Positions 46,401 through 54,963 of a stretch of 64,000 nt of DNA are shown in pieces. Location: the NCBI GenBank assembly GCA_040081625.1, contig JBEBGD010000016.1:1-64000 (forward strand). The letters run 5' to 3'. This DNA is from Chthoniobacteraceae bacterium (GTDB lineage Bacteria > Verrucomicrobiota > Verrucomicrobiia > Chthoniobacterales > Chthoniobacteraceae). Numbering within the stretch: position 1 is the stretch's first letter; the number at the start of each line of letters is the position of its first letter. Both the position numbers and the translations under genes were made by a program. The notes below the pieces were generated by a model, which saw nothing but the letters and a program-made list of their open reading frames with translations, ran no database searches and was not told where the DNA came from.

Positions 46401-46712
46401 CGCGAGCGTCTTCGAGGAAGTGGACGGCGCCTTGTCGAAGAAATACACGCGGCCTTCGCGCTCCCACACGACCATGTTGTTGGTGCCCGGCATCTGCGTG
46501 ATGCCGAGCGCGTTGATGAAGGTCACATTCGGAAACGCCTGCACTGCGGACCACGAACCGGAGAAAGTCGGCGCCGTCGTGGGCAGCGTTCCGTTGTAAG
46601 CCGTGAAGCTCGGCCGGGAGTTTAGGCCGTATTGCTGCGCCCGCACCTGCCCGGCTGTGCCGAAGCCGGCGACGGCGATCGAGAGCAGGAGGGTGGAGAG
46701 GCGGCGAAGCAT
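40464..46712 (-). CDS. Secreted PQQ-dependent sugar (glucose/sorbosone-type) dehydrogenase fused to diheme cytochrome c, ConA-like, PA14 and Ig/FN3 modules
   Basis: Signal peptide; GLLALAFHPNF, HNGGGMFF, GVLRIDVD, YYIPNDNPF, GLRSPHR, GGYVYRG, SSFGVD; LWSDRADKKRW; CLTCH and CAHCH, KMPPL; two PA14 domains (TDDGxRLWVNG). Confidence 0.9.
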   Translation of the reverse strand: MLRRLSTLLLSIAVAGFGTAGQVRAQQYGLNSRPSFTAYNGTLPTTAPTFSGSWSAVQAFPNVTFINALGITQMPGTNNMVVWEREGRVYFFDKAPSTSSKTLALDISNRCQGWDDSGLLALAFHPNFGTGPTNNRYVFLYYTWVTPGTVAGSATSRPPTFTPCRDRLARFTVNLDGTIDPNSETIFIDQVSASIWHNGGGMFFHPANGFLYLTNGDDAQSSVNTQIINRGLYSGVLRIDVDQRGGGISHPIPRLPQPAGSVAQNYYIPNDNPFVGQSGVLEEFFSIGLRSPHRMTCDPVTGRIFIGDVGLANWEEIDVIGAGESALNFQWDRFEGSTGDLTQPFIGTNRRPAISYSHSEGSAVIGGYVYRGTEFAADLGGKYIFGDNGTGTVWYLDESTTPATKVALAQLPNGGGPSSGSNYVGLSSFGVDADNELYLCQMSSSGGKIFKLSRTGTPPPALPATLSATGLMSNLATLTPNSGFTAYDVINPLWSDRADKKRWFGVPTGQQIGYAATGDWAFPNGSVFLKHFDLPIDDNNPAIKKRLETRVLVRNADGYVYGMTYKWRADHSDADLITSGVTEDVAITGSVSLGTLTSTDIGGPSAGATAGFNGGYAVTAGGTDIFGTSDQFRFVHTQKTGDFDIAARLESLDRADLYTKAGLMARESLAANSRNVMALVFPTNEARNNNTGGYEFQSRDTNGGASAAIYPASPQPAVRYPNAWLRLKRAGNDFTAYHSRDGVNWTLYATKTLALPGTIYFGMAVTSHSASTQTTARFHFNIDRTQPWYFPGRQDCLTCHTNVSTGVLGVNTQISNLQRVFAETGVNDNQLRAWNHAGYLDTGLSESAFEATIPGLTKMAALGDTGATVEHRMRSYLDSNCAHCHRPGGVHAFWDARLETPLGSAGIVNGIVQETFGTSGAKVLVPDSVDQSMMYKRMATATETHKMPPLAKNLVDQSAIAMLEAWIAEVVQPPADPLPSPWLHTDIGSVGFAGDATYQTSSGTFITSASGADIEGNSDAFHFTYQPLTGDGEIVARVQSLSATDPYTKAGVMIRETLDSGSKNAFTTLMSAHGSQLQWRTATNGGTSYTDGPDQFAPYYVRIRRQGDVLTGYIASTPGAWTQVGSTTIAMSATAYIGLAVTAHNNTQTATALFDNVSVSSSGLALALHLNFQPAGAPIPDGYLADTGATYGARGNGFTYGWSEDNTAFARDRNNAASPDQRYDTFNHMKHSSVPTARTWEIAVPNGTYSVHLVCGDPLTTDSTHVVTAEGGTFLSGTPTAQNPFIEATANVTVTDGTLTLAQGAGGSNTKLSFIEISSVASAVNVTLNSPAHLSTHYGAAAASIAFAANANTTTGGATITQVEFFDGFISIGTDTSPPFEFTWTTASAGAHSVMAKATDSTSAIGFTAFNEIFVSADGPLGLDAEYWPNLTMSGTPQTRADANIQFDWAQGSPMAGIPNDNFSVRWRGRIKPQFTETYTFRTETDDGVRLWVNGQLIIDKWVNQGTTSWNGNITLNAGQLYEFEMHYFDNFGDAVARLFWSSASQAEQIVPGTVLFAPAGGTNHRPRTPVVTLPSVDGELADPSGIVMQTAAFQDVDAGQTHAATDWEIWTTSGTIERAWKALNATGTNATLGSGTFEPGFTALANETAYQLRVRHKDNSGAANSEWSAYGLRNFTTSTSALPTGISGEYYPNDTSFRLVGTPLTRTDTTIDFGFGGGELYPGAGNDNFSVRWRARVRPQFSETYTFTTRTDDGARLWVNGQLLVDQWIGQAATEVSGTITLVAGQYYDLEMHYFDGAFDGEARLFWASASQPKQIIPATRLHQIAGGANHRPLVPLINLPTGATAVSAASLAMQSGAFADQDAGHTHAATDWEVWTTVATPQRVWSALNQTGAQLLDATLADGAFEGALAGRATLDWGAAYQLRVRHKDSSADANSEWSAKMTRNFTTTASPLSVWRTAEFTAGELADPQISGDAADPDHDGMNNFGEFVFRLPPKSPGASPVAISSLDVDAIFLDFPVNVAAEDVTYWVETSPTLGTGTWTSSGITYEVLSTAGGVRNIRARIPRSGAQQFVRARATSP

Positions 46713-46840
46713 GAGAGGAATGATCTTGGCAGAGGGAGCAGCGGGTGCCCGTCGCAAGGCCGGAGCATCGGGTGAAACCGGGCGTCGGCAACGGAGGTCT
46801 CGTTGGACAGTTCAACACTCTGTCGGTTGAGGCGTCGGGG

Positions 46841-46938
46841 CACGGGTCGTTTTCGACTTCTTGGTTTGGTTCGTGATCGCCGCGTGGCGAGCGATGGGGG
46901 GATTAAGAACAAGAATACGAGTAAGAAAAAGAGCCGTG
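46841..46938. repeat. Degenerate palindromic element of 6-bp-period repeats (intergenic)
   Basis: 38-nt arms (46841-46878, 46901-46938) pair gap-free at 25 Watson-Crick plus 4 G.U positions; right arm GATTAA GAACAA GAATAC GAGTAA GAAAAA. Confidence 0.65.
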
Positions 46939-46950
46939 TGCTCCCACCGG

Positions 46951-46978
46951 TTGACACACCCACCTCACGCCCTACCGT
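46951..46978 (+). promoter_or_regulatory. Sigma70-type promoter of the PPIase gene
   Basis: TTGACA-16 nt-TACCGT, 13 nt before the ATG at 46992. Confidence 0.6.
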
Positions 46979-46991
46979 CGCCGTCCGCGCC

Positions 46992-47939
46992 ATGAAACCG
47001 ACGCTCATCGTCCTCACACTCGCCATCTTCGCCCTCCGCGCTCCCGCGCAGGAAGTGCTCGATGGCATCGCCGCGGTCGTGAACGAGGACGTGATCACTT
47101 TCTCCCAAGTCCGCGAGCTGATCGGACCGATGGAGGCGCAGGTGCGCAAGGATCTCAAAGGCGAGGAGCTGACCGAGAAGATCAAGGAGATCCGCCTCAA
47201 GGCCATCAACGACCTGATCGACCGCCAGCTCATCCTCCAGGAGTTTTTCAAGCTGAAGGCGGAGATCCCCCCGCACTACCTCGAAGACCGAATTCAGACG
47301 GTCATCCGCGAGGAGTTCGGCGGAGATCGCTCGGCGTTCGTGCGCACGCTCCAGGCACAGGGCTACACGCTCGATCGGTTCCGCCAGCTCGAGAGGGAGA
47401 AGATGATCGTCCAGGCAATGCGCTCGCAGAACCTCAAGAACGACGTCATCATCCCCGAGACGCGCATCCGCGAGGCTTACGAGAAGAGCCGCGAGGACTA
47501 CTCGGAGGAGGACCTGATCAAGCTGCGAATGATCGCCATCCGCAAAGCGGAAAACGGCAGCGACATCCGTCGCGGCATGATCGAGGAAATCCGCGCGAAG
47601 ATCGTCGAGGGCGCCGAGTTTCAGGACCTCGCGAAGATGTATGACGACACGTCCTATCAGGACGCCGGCGGCGATTACGGCTGGGTGAACCGGCGCACGC
47701 TCAACGAAAGCCTCGCGAAGATCGCCTTCGCTCTCAAGCCCGGGCAGATCAGCCAGATCATCGAACTGGGCAACAGCTACTACCTGCTGCTGGTCGAGGC
47801 GAAAAAGAACGGCACGACCAAGCCGTTCGCGCAGGTGCGCGACGAAATCCAGGCCCGCCTCATCCAGGAAGAGCGGCAGAAGCGGGCCGACGAGTGGATC
47901 GGGCGGCTGCGGAAGAAGGCCTTCGTGAAGACGTATTGA
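46992..47939 (+). CDS. surA: SurA-like peptidyl-prolyl cis-trans isomerase
   Basis: Signal peptide; DGIAAVVNEDVITFSQV SurA N-domain; parvulin GAEFQDLAK...GGDYGW...AFALKPGQISQII. Confidence 0.85.
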   Translation: MKPTLIVLTLAIFALRAPAQEVLDGIAAVVNEDVITFSQVRELIGPMEAQVRKDLKGEELTEKIKEIRLKAINDLIDRQLILQEFFKLKAEIPPHYLEDRIQTVIREEFGGDRSAFVRTLQAQGYTLDRFRQLEREKMIVQAMRSQNLKNDVIIPETRIREAYEKSREDYSEEDLIKLRMIAIRKAENGSDIRRGMIEEIRAKIVEGAEFQDLAKMYDDTSYQDAGGDYGWVNRRTLNESLAKIAFALKPGQISQIIELGNSYYLLLVEAKKNGTTKPFAQVRDEIQARLIQEERQKRADEWIGRLRKKAFVKTY

Positions 47940-47973
47940 GCGGGTCTGCGCAGGGCGGCAACTCCCGCGATCA

Positions 47974-48780
47974 ATGACTCTCGCCACCTCCCGTCAGGTC
48001 TTCTCGATCGGCCTGCAAAATACGTTCGTCTATCGCTGGAATTTTCTCTTGCGGACGATCTTCGGCATCGTGCCGCTGATCGGCACGATCTTCCTGTGGC
48101 GCGCGGTGACGACATCGAGCGGCGGGCAGATCGCCGGCTACGAGTTCAGCACGATGATCTTCTATTTCATGATCGTCGTCTTCCTCGACAACCTCATCAG
48201 CCCCACCGAGGACGACTGGCAGATCGCCGGCGACATCCGCGACGGACGGCTCAGCGCGCTGCTGCTCAAGCCGCTCAACTACATCGGCTACCGCTTCACG
48301 CTCTACGTGAGCTACCGGCTCACCTACGTCGCCATCGTCGCGCTGCCCATCGGCGTCCTGCTCTTCTTCCTGCGCGACTTCGTGCAGTGGCCGCAGCAAC
48401 CCGCCACGTGGCCGCTCTTCGCGCTCTCGACGCTCATGGCCGCGGGCATCCAGTTCTTCATCGGCGTCTGCCTCGGCCTGTGCGCGTTTTGGGTGCTCGA
48501 AGTCTCGACGCTCATCTTCGTTATGTTCTCGTTCGAGTATTTCCTCAGCGGCATGATCTACCCGCTCGATATGCTGCCGGCCTCGCTCCAGGGCTTCGTG
48601 AAGTGGAGCCCGTTCACCTACGAGATGTTCTTCCCCGTGCAGATCATGATGGAACGCGTCCACGGCGCCGCACTGTGGCAGGGCCTCGCGATCCAGGCCG
48701 GCTGGCTGCTCGTCGCCTTCGTCGCCACGCAACTCATCTGGCGCGCGGGCCTGCGGAAATACCAGGCCGTCGGCGGATGA
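47974..48780 (+). CDS. ABC-2 family (DUF990-type) transporter permease
   Basis: [52 protein letters not shown]. Confidence 0.9.
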   Translation: MTLATSRQVFSIGLQNTFVYRWNFLLRTIFGIVPLIGTIFLWRAVTTSSGGQIAGYEFSTMIFYFMIVVFLDNLISPTEDDWQIAGDIRDGRLSALLLKPLNYIGYRFTLYVSYRLTYVAIVALPIGVLLFFLRDFVQWPQQPATWPLFALSTLMAAGIQFFIGVCLGLCAFWVLEVSTLIFVMFSFEYFLSGMIYPLDMLPASLQGFVKWSPFTYEMFFPVQIMMERVHGAALWQGLAIQAGWLLVAFVATQLIWRAGLRKYQAVGG

Positions 48781-49571
48781 CGCGCTACCTCCGCGTCTAT
48801 TGGCTGATGCTGCGCAACTCGCTGATTCGCGAGATGAACTTCAAGGCAAACTTCATCGGCTGGATCGTCGTCGAGTGCCTGTGGTTTGTCGGGCAGGTCG
48901 TCTTCCTCGAGGTCATCTTCGCGCACGTCGAGCACATCGGCGATTGGAGCAAATGGGAGTGCGTGCTGCTGGTCGGCACGCACCAGGTGATCGCGCAGAT
49001 TTTCCAGGCGTTCTTTTACATGAACCTCGTCGAACTCCCCGAACTCGTGCGCACCGGCAGGCTCGACCTGCTCCTGCTCCAGCCGATCGATTCGCAGTTC
49101 TCCGTCTCCGTCCGGCGCTTCGGCGCCGACAGCCTCGTCGCGTCGGTCGTCGGTTTCGTCGTCGTCGGTGTGAGTCTCTTCAAGCTCGGCGTCGTGCCCG
49201 GCGCGGGGCAGATCGCGATCTACCTCGCGTGCCTCGTGCTCGGTCTCGGCATCCACTACTCGATCCTCTTCGCGCTCGCGACGATCAGCATCTGGATCGT
49301 GCGCGCGCAGGGCATCATCCACGGCTACTACAATCTCTTCAACGTCGCCCGCTACCCCATCGACATCTTCCGCGGCACGTTCCGCTTCATCTTTAGCTGG
49401 ATCATCCCGGTGATGATCGTCGCAAACGTCCCCGCGCGCCTGCTCGCGCGCGGCCTCGAGAATCCGTGGCCCAGCGTGCTGCACCTGCTCGCGGCGACGG
49501 CGATCGTTGTCGTCGCCGCGCGGATGTTCTGGTTCTTCGCGCTGCGCCGCTACGCGAGCGCGAGTTCGTAG
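48777..49571 (+). CDS. ABC-2 family (DUF990-type) transporter permease
   Basis: ATGA overlap; [35 protein letters not shown]. Confidence 0.9.
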   Translation: MTRYLRVYWLMLRNSLIREMNFKANFIGWIVVECLWFVGQVVFLEVIFAHVEHIGDWSKWECVLLVGTHQVIAQIFQAFFYMNLVELPELVRTGRLDLLLLQPIDSQFSVSVRRFGADSLVASVVGFVVVGVSLFKLGVVPGAGQIAIYLACLVLGLGIHYSILFALATISIWIVRAQGIIHGYYNLFNVARYPIDIFRGTFRFIFSWIIPVMIVANVPARLLARGLENPWPSVLHLLAATAIVVVAARMFWFFALRRYASASS

Positions 49572-49617
49572 AAATTTCCCGCTTCGCTTTTGCCGCGCGT
49601 GCGGTCATTCGTGGACG

Positions 49618-50472
49618 ATGAAACTCCTCCTCCTCGCCCTCGCACTCGCCGTCACCGCGCACGCGGCTCCGATCAAGGCGCTCATCGTCGATGGGCAGAA
49701 CAATCACCAATGGGCCGTCACGACGCCGGAGCTAAAGAAGATCCTCGAGGCGGACGGGCTTTGCGTGGTCGATGTGGCGACTTCGCCCGCGAAGGGACAG
49801 GACCTTTCCGGCTTCAAGCCCGACTTCGCAAAGTATGCGGTCGTGATTTCCAACTACAACGGCGAGCTCTGGGCGCCGGCGACGCAGGACGCGTTCGAGA
49901 AATACGTGAGCAGCGGTGGCGGCTTCGTCCCCGTGCATGCGGCGAACAATGCCTTCTCCGAATGGAAAGCATACAACGAGATCATCGGCGTCGGCGGCTG
50001 GGGTGGACGCAGTGAAAAGAGCGGCCCGTATCTCCGCCTGCGCGATGGCAAGTGGACGCTCGATACGACGCCAGGCCGCGGCGGCAGCCACGGCAAGCAG
50101 CACCAGTTCCTCATGGTCACGCAGGCGCCGAAGCACCCGATCATGGCCGGCCTGCCGGAGAAGTGGATGCACACGCAGGATGAACTCTACGACCGTCTGC
50201 GCGGCCCGGCGCAAAACGTGACCGTGCTCGCGAGCGCGAAGTCCGATCCCGCGACTGGCGGAAGCGGCGAGGACGAGCCGCTGCTCATGGCGCTCAGCTA
50301 CGGCAAAGGCCGCGTCTTCCACACCGCGCTCGGCCACGCGCTCGAGGCGATCAAGTGCGCCGGATTCATCACCACGCTGCGGCGCGGCACCGAGTGGGCG
50401 GCGACGGGGAAGGTGACGCAAAAAGTGCCCGCGGATTTTCCGACAGCGGACAAGGTGAGCGCGCGGCCGTAG
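49618..50472 (+). CDS. Secreted ThuA-like domain protein
   Basis: Signal peptide; [55 protein letters not shown]. Confidence 0.9.
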   Translation: MKLLLLALALAVTAHAAPIKALIVDGQNNHQWAVTTPELKKILEADGLCVVDVATSPAKGQDLSGFKPDFAKYAVVISNYNGELWAPATQDAFEKYVSSGGGFVPVHAANNAFSEWKAYNEIIGVGGWGGRSEKSGPYLRLRDGKWTLDTTPGRGGSHGKQHQFLMVTQAPKHPIMAGLPEKWMHTQDELYDRLRGPAQNVTVLASAKSDPATGGSGEDEPLLMALSYGKGRVFHTALGHALEAIKCAGFITTLRRGTEWAATGKVTQKVPADFPTADKVSARP

Positions 50473-50577
50473 CGAGGATTGAGCCTCGCCAGCGGCGGAA
50501 TCTGGGCTTAGAAACCTCGCGGCAACGCTCGCACGGAGCAGTTTCCGGCGGGCGCTGCCGCAGACCGCACACGACCC

Positions 50578-53500
50578 ATGAACACGACGCTGCTTTCCCG
50601 CGCCCTGGCGCTGCTCGCCCTGGCTGGTCTTCCCCTCACCCATGCGGCCACGCTCACCTACGATCCGCAGGGCGCTTCGATGGAGTGGAGCGAGGTGATG
50701 AACTGGCTGAACGAATCGATGATGCGCACGCAGTTCCCGAGCGGGGCGGGGGACACGGCGATCATCACCGGCGGCGAGCTGGCGACGCTGAGCACGGACA
50801 TCACCATCGGTTCGCTGACCTTCACGGGAATGCCGGTGGGCAGCAGCACGATCGCCAGCGGCGGCTTCACTCTGAACGTGCTGAACTCCGCGTCGCTCAC
50901 CGGCGCGATCTTCAGCGGCGGCGGCACGCTCGACATGAACACGGTCAACCTTGCCGGGCTGCTTTCCGTGAACGGCACGAACACGGTCGCCCGCGCGATG
51001 ACGACGACCTTCGGCGCCGCCGGCGGGATATTCGTCAACAGCGGCGGAACCTTCCGCAACGGCGGCTCAATGACGCTGGGAGAAAACAACGGCATCTCGA
51101 GCAGCGACGGAACCGGGACGCTGCTCAATCGCGGTTCGCTGGCGAAGACGACGGGCACGGGGCTGGCGACCGTGTCGGCGCGGGTGGACGACGACGGCGC
51201 GGGGACGATCACCGTGAGCGCGGGGACGCTTAGCTTCACCGGTAGCTCGAGCTTCAACGGTTCGCGCTTCGGTGCTGAGAGCGGCGCGACGCTGAGTTTC
51301 GCCGGAAGCGGGACGGCTGGCACCGGTTTTAGCGGCGCGCGGTTCACGGTGACGGGTGGCGGCAGAGTGACGATCAGCGGCGGCGACTACCAGGTCTCTG
51401 GCACGCTCACGAGTGGTGGCGACGGCACGGGCGAGGTGCTCGTGAATGGGAGCGTGACGCTGAGTAACACCGGCGCGCCGCCGCCGACGCTGCCGGGCAC
51501 GCTGGATTTTTCGCCGCAGGCACCGCTGGCTTTCGAGACCGGGCAAATCGGGTTCGGCGGTCTGACCAATGCGGGCGCATTCATCTGGCGCGGCGGCACG
51601 ATCGCCAGCCTCGTGAACAGCGCGCCGGCGGGCCTTTTCACCATCACGGCGCTGCCGTCTGGCGGGCCCCGCATCGCGTCGGGGCTGAGCAATACGGGCT
51701 TCATCACGCAGGCGGGCGGTTTTCAAATCGGCACGCCGGACCTCACCAATCAAAGCTCCGGCGTCTTCGAAGCGGCGCTGAGCGCGAACTCCGCCTCCAT
51801 CTCGCAGGCGAGCGGCGGCACGGGCGGCTTTGTGAATCTCGGCAACGTCAACAAGACGGGCACAAACAACCTCACCGTTTTCACGCCCTTCACGAACGGC
51901 TTGAACGGCGACGTCTTCGTCACCGACGGCCAGGTCTTTCTGCGCGGCATCAACACGCTCGATGGCGACCTGCGGGTGGATCGCACCACGAGTTCCACCG
52001 CGAGGCTGACCATCGGCGGGGGCGGAAATTCGAGCACGCTCAATTCGCCCATCTACACGCTCACCGCGGGCGGCGTGGTCGAGTTTTCCAGCGGCTTCCA
52101 TGTGCTCGTGGGGAATTTTCCGATCTTCGGCACGGGCACGGTCGAGCAGACGGCGGGCACCATCCAGATCAGCACCGCGAGCATCCTGACCACGGACACG
52201 ATGAGCAGGCTGCTCCTCAACGGCAGCAGCGCGGTGCTGCTCGCGGATGCGGAATTCACCAACCAGGGCCTGATCGAATGGGACACGGCGACGGTGCGCG
52301 GCTCGTCGATCCTGCTGAATAGCGCGACCGGCAACATCCAGATCCTCGGCACGGGCACGGCGCAGCTCGGCGATTCGTCTGCGTCGGGCCGGGTGGAAAA
52401 CGAGGGCGTCTTCGCGGTCCAGAGCGGGAACACTTTCCTGCTCGACGACAACAGTGTGCTGCTCAACCGCGCGAACTCGGCGACGCAATTTCTCCAGCTC
52501 ATCGGCAGCGCGCGCATCCGCGAAGTCGGCGGCGTGGCCGACGGCGAGATGGTTCGGAATGAAGGCAAGCTGATCAAAACCGGGGCGGGCACCGCGCAGA
52601 TCGAAGTGGTGTATGAGCAGAACGCGAGCGGGCGGATCGAGGTGCGTGAGGGCGGGCTGCGTTTCACCGATCCGACTTCGATCCCGGATGGTAGTGTGGC
52701 GGCGCTTTCCACCGGCGGCGTGGGCGCGGTGATCGAGTTCGATGGAACGACGACATTTGGAAGCGTCGGGATCGAGTTCGAGAACAACAGCAGGGTCGAG
52801 TTCGCCGCGGGCGGCACCACTTACACGCTCGCCGGCACACTCACCGGGGCGGGCCAGGGCAGCGCCTTGCTCAGCGCCGGCACCTTCACCGCGGGCGCGT
52901 CGAACGGGCGGCTGAATTTCGCCGTGCCGTCGCGCTTCGAGCAGACCGGCGGTTTCCTCGGCAGCACCGGGATGCTCTTGAACGACGGCGTGCTGTTGAA
53001 AAACGGCGGCACGCTGACCGGGCCTTTCACGAATGCGACGACCGGCGCCTTCACCTGGCAGAGCGGGAGCATCGGCGGGGCGTTCACAAATCTCGCCACG
53101 ACCGCGCCGCTGCAAATCTCCACCGCTGGCTCGAAGACGCTGCTGACCGGCGGCGCATTTTCCAACAGCGCAAAGGTCGAACACAACGCCAGCAGCACCG
53201 TCGCGCTCGAAAGCAACGCGACGCTCACGAATGCGGCGGGGAGCGAGTATTCCTTTCGCTCGACCAGCGGCACGACCGAGCGCGTGCAACCGGCGGGTGG
53301 CGCGACGAACACGATGTTCAGCAACGAGGGCACGGTGCTGAAGCTCACCGTCTCCGGCCCGACGCCCGGCTCGACGGCGATCATCAGCACCGGCTTCACG
53401 AATACGAACGGCACCGTGGATGTGCGCGAGGGCACGCTCAGCATCACCGGCCCGGCGACGATCAATGGCGCGACGTGGAAGGTCGATGGGGCCGATCTTC

Positions 53501-54963
53501 TCGACTTCACCGGCGGCGGCTCGATCAGCGGCACGATCCTGCACGACCTGCCCGGCGGCTCGGTGCGCTATCGCACCGGGCTCTACCAGCTCGCGGCGAC
53601 GCTCCAAGGCTCGGACATCAGCGGCGGCAGCGTGCTGTTCAACGCGAGCTTCAACGTGACCGGATCGACGATCCTCGATTTTGAGCGCGAGAACGCGACC
53701 TTTTCCTCGAGCAGTGTGGTGCTCCAGGCGGGCACGAGCCTCACCAACAAGGAAACGCTCAACATCCAGGGCGGCTCGTTTTTGCTGAATACAAACGCGA
53801 GTCTCGTGAACGAGCGCGTGCTCAATTTCGACAGCGGCACCGGGCCGACCTTCACGACCGCGGCGCTAGCCACCGGCGCGGTCTATCGCAACCAAGGCAC
53901 CGTCTTCCACACCGGCACGGGCAACGTGAGCTTCGACCAGCGCGCGCTTTTCCAAAACGACGGCAGCTACTCGCTCACGAGCGACGCCGACATCCTCGCC
54001 GTGCCGCTCTCGACCGAGACGCTCTTTCGCAATCCCGGCCTCTTCACCAAAAACGCTGCGGGCCTTTCCATCTTCTCCGTGCCGTTCGACAACACCGGCA
54101 CGGTGGTCGCCTTGTTCGGCGACCTCAGCTTCACGGGCGGCGTCGCGCAGTTCAACGGTTCGCTACTCAGCGCGGGCGCGTGGGAGGTGCATCCCGGCGC
54201 GTCGCTCAACCTCGGCCCCGGCACGCTGCTCGAAAACGACGCGAGCATCCTCGTGCGCGGCAACGGGCAGTTCGTGAACTTCCCCAGCGGCGGCAACACC
54301 GCGGTCTTCCAAAACGACGGCACGCTGCGGCTGCGCGATGGCGCGATTTTCCTGACCGGCGGCAACTTCGATAACAACGGCACGCTCGAAGTCGGCGCGA
54401 TGAGCACGCTCACGGTCGGCGGGACTTTCGACAACAACGGCAGCGCGCTCATCAACGGCACGCTCAACTACACGAGCCTCGCCTTCTTCACGAACGGGCT
54501 GTTTGGAGGCGGCGTGGTCAATGGCAACGTGATCAATCGAGGTCCCGCCGGGCCGGGGACTTCGCCCGGCACGCTCACGATCAATGGCGCATTCGAGCAG
54601 CAATCGACCGGCACACTCGGCATCGAGATCGGCGGGCTCGCCGTCGGCACCGCGAGCGACCTGCTTGCGGTGAGCGGCCCGGTGACGCTGAGCGGCACGC
54701 TCTCGGTCACGATCCTCTACGAAGCCTTCGGCCTGCCCCCGGGCAGCACCTTCACCATCGTCACCGGCAGCTCGATCACCGGCACCTTCGCCATGCTCGA
54801 CATCCCGCGCGAGCCCGGCACCGAGACGCCTGCGTTTAGCGTGCAATACTTCCCAACCGCCGTGCAACTCACCGCGCTCATCACGCTGCCCGAGCCCGGC
54901 GCCGTCGGGTTGCTCGCGGCTGGAGCGCTCGTCCTCGGCGCTCGGCGCCGGCGCGGGCGCTGA
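50578..54963 (+). CDS. Large Gly/Thr/Asn-rich beta-helical surface protein with PEP-CTERM-like signal
   Basis: Signal peptide; repeated FxNxGxxxK..G...F.N..G.V.V..GTL units; PGTSPGTLTING; C-terminal LPEP-TM-RRRRGR. Confidence 0.88.
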   Translation: MNTTLLSRALALLALAGLPLTHAATLTYDPQGASMEWSEVMNWLNESMMRTQFPSGAGDTAIITGGELATLSTDITIGSLTFTGMPVGSSTIASGGFTLNVLNSASLTGAIFSGGGTLDMNTVNLAGLLSVNGTNTVARAMTTTFGAAGGIFVNSGGTFRNGGSMTLGENNGISSSDGTGTLLNRGSLAKTTGTGLATVSARVDDDGAGTITVSAGTLSFTGSSSFNGSRFGAESGATLSFAGSGTAGTGFSGARFTVTGGGRVTISGGDYQVSGTLTSGGDGTGEVLVNGSVTLSNTGAPPPTLPGTLDFSPQAPLAFETGQIGFGGLTNAGAFIWRGGTIASLVNSAPAGLFTITALPSGGPRIASGLSNTGFITQAGGFQIGTPDLTNQSSGVFEAALSANSASISQASGGTGGFVNLGNVNKTGTNNLTVFTPFTNGLNGDVFVTDGQVFLRGINTLDGDLRVDRTTSSTARLTIGGGGNSSTLNSPIYTLTAGGVVEFSSGFHVLVGNFPIFGTGTVEQTAGTIQISTASILTTDTMSRLLLNGSSAVLLADAEFTNQGLIEWDTATVRGSSILLNSATGNIQILGTGTAQLGDSSASGRVENEGVFAVQSGNTFLLDDNSVLLNRANSATQFLQLIGSARIREVGGVADGEMVRNEGKLIKTGAGTAQIEVVYEQNASGRIEVREGGLRFTDPTSIPDGSVAALSTGGVGAVIEFDGTTTFGSVGIEFENNSRVEFAAGGTTYTLAGTLTGAGQGSALLSAGTFTAGASNGRLNFAVPSRFEQTGGFLGSTGMLLNDGVLLKNGGTLTGPFTNATTGAFTWQSGSIGGAFTNLATTAPLQISTAGSKTLLTGGAFSNSAKVEHNASSTVALESNATLTNAAGSEYSFRSTSGTTERVQPAGGATNTMFSNEGTVLKLTVSGPTPGSTAIISTGFTNTNGTVDVREGTLSITGPATINGATWKVDGADLLDFTGGGSISGTILHDLPGGSVRYRTGLYQLAATLQGSDISGGSVLFNASFNVTGSTILDFERENATFSSSSVVLQAGTSLTNKETLNIQGGSFLLNTNASLVNERVLNFDSGTGPTFTTAALATGAVYRNQGTVFHTGTGNVSFDQRALFQNDGSYSLTSDADILAVPLSTETLFRNPGLFTKNAAGLSIFSVPFDNTGTVVALFGDLSFTGGVAQFNGSLLSAGAWEVHPGASLNLGPGTLLENDASILVRGNGQFVNFPSGGNTAVFQNDGTLRLRDGAIFLTGGNFDNNGTLEVGAMSTLTVGGTFDNNGSALINGTLNYTSLAFFTNGLFGGGVVNGNVINRGPAGPGTSPGTLTINGAFEQQSTGTLGIEIGGLAVGTASDLLAVSGPVTLSGTLSVTILYEAFGLPPGSTFTIVTGSSITGTFAMLDIPREPGTETPAFSVQYFPTAVQLTALITLPEPGAVGLLAAGALVLGARRRRGR

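Noticed and set aside
19300..46950. Integrative element at tRNA-Ala carrying the alpha-glucan locus
   Set aside because: No integrase, no duplicate of the tRNA 3' end spotted by eye, and composition matches the host. Kept only as a weak adjacency note.
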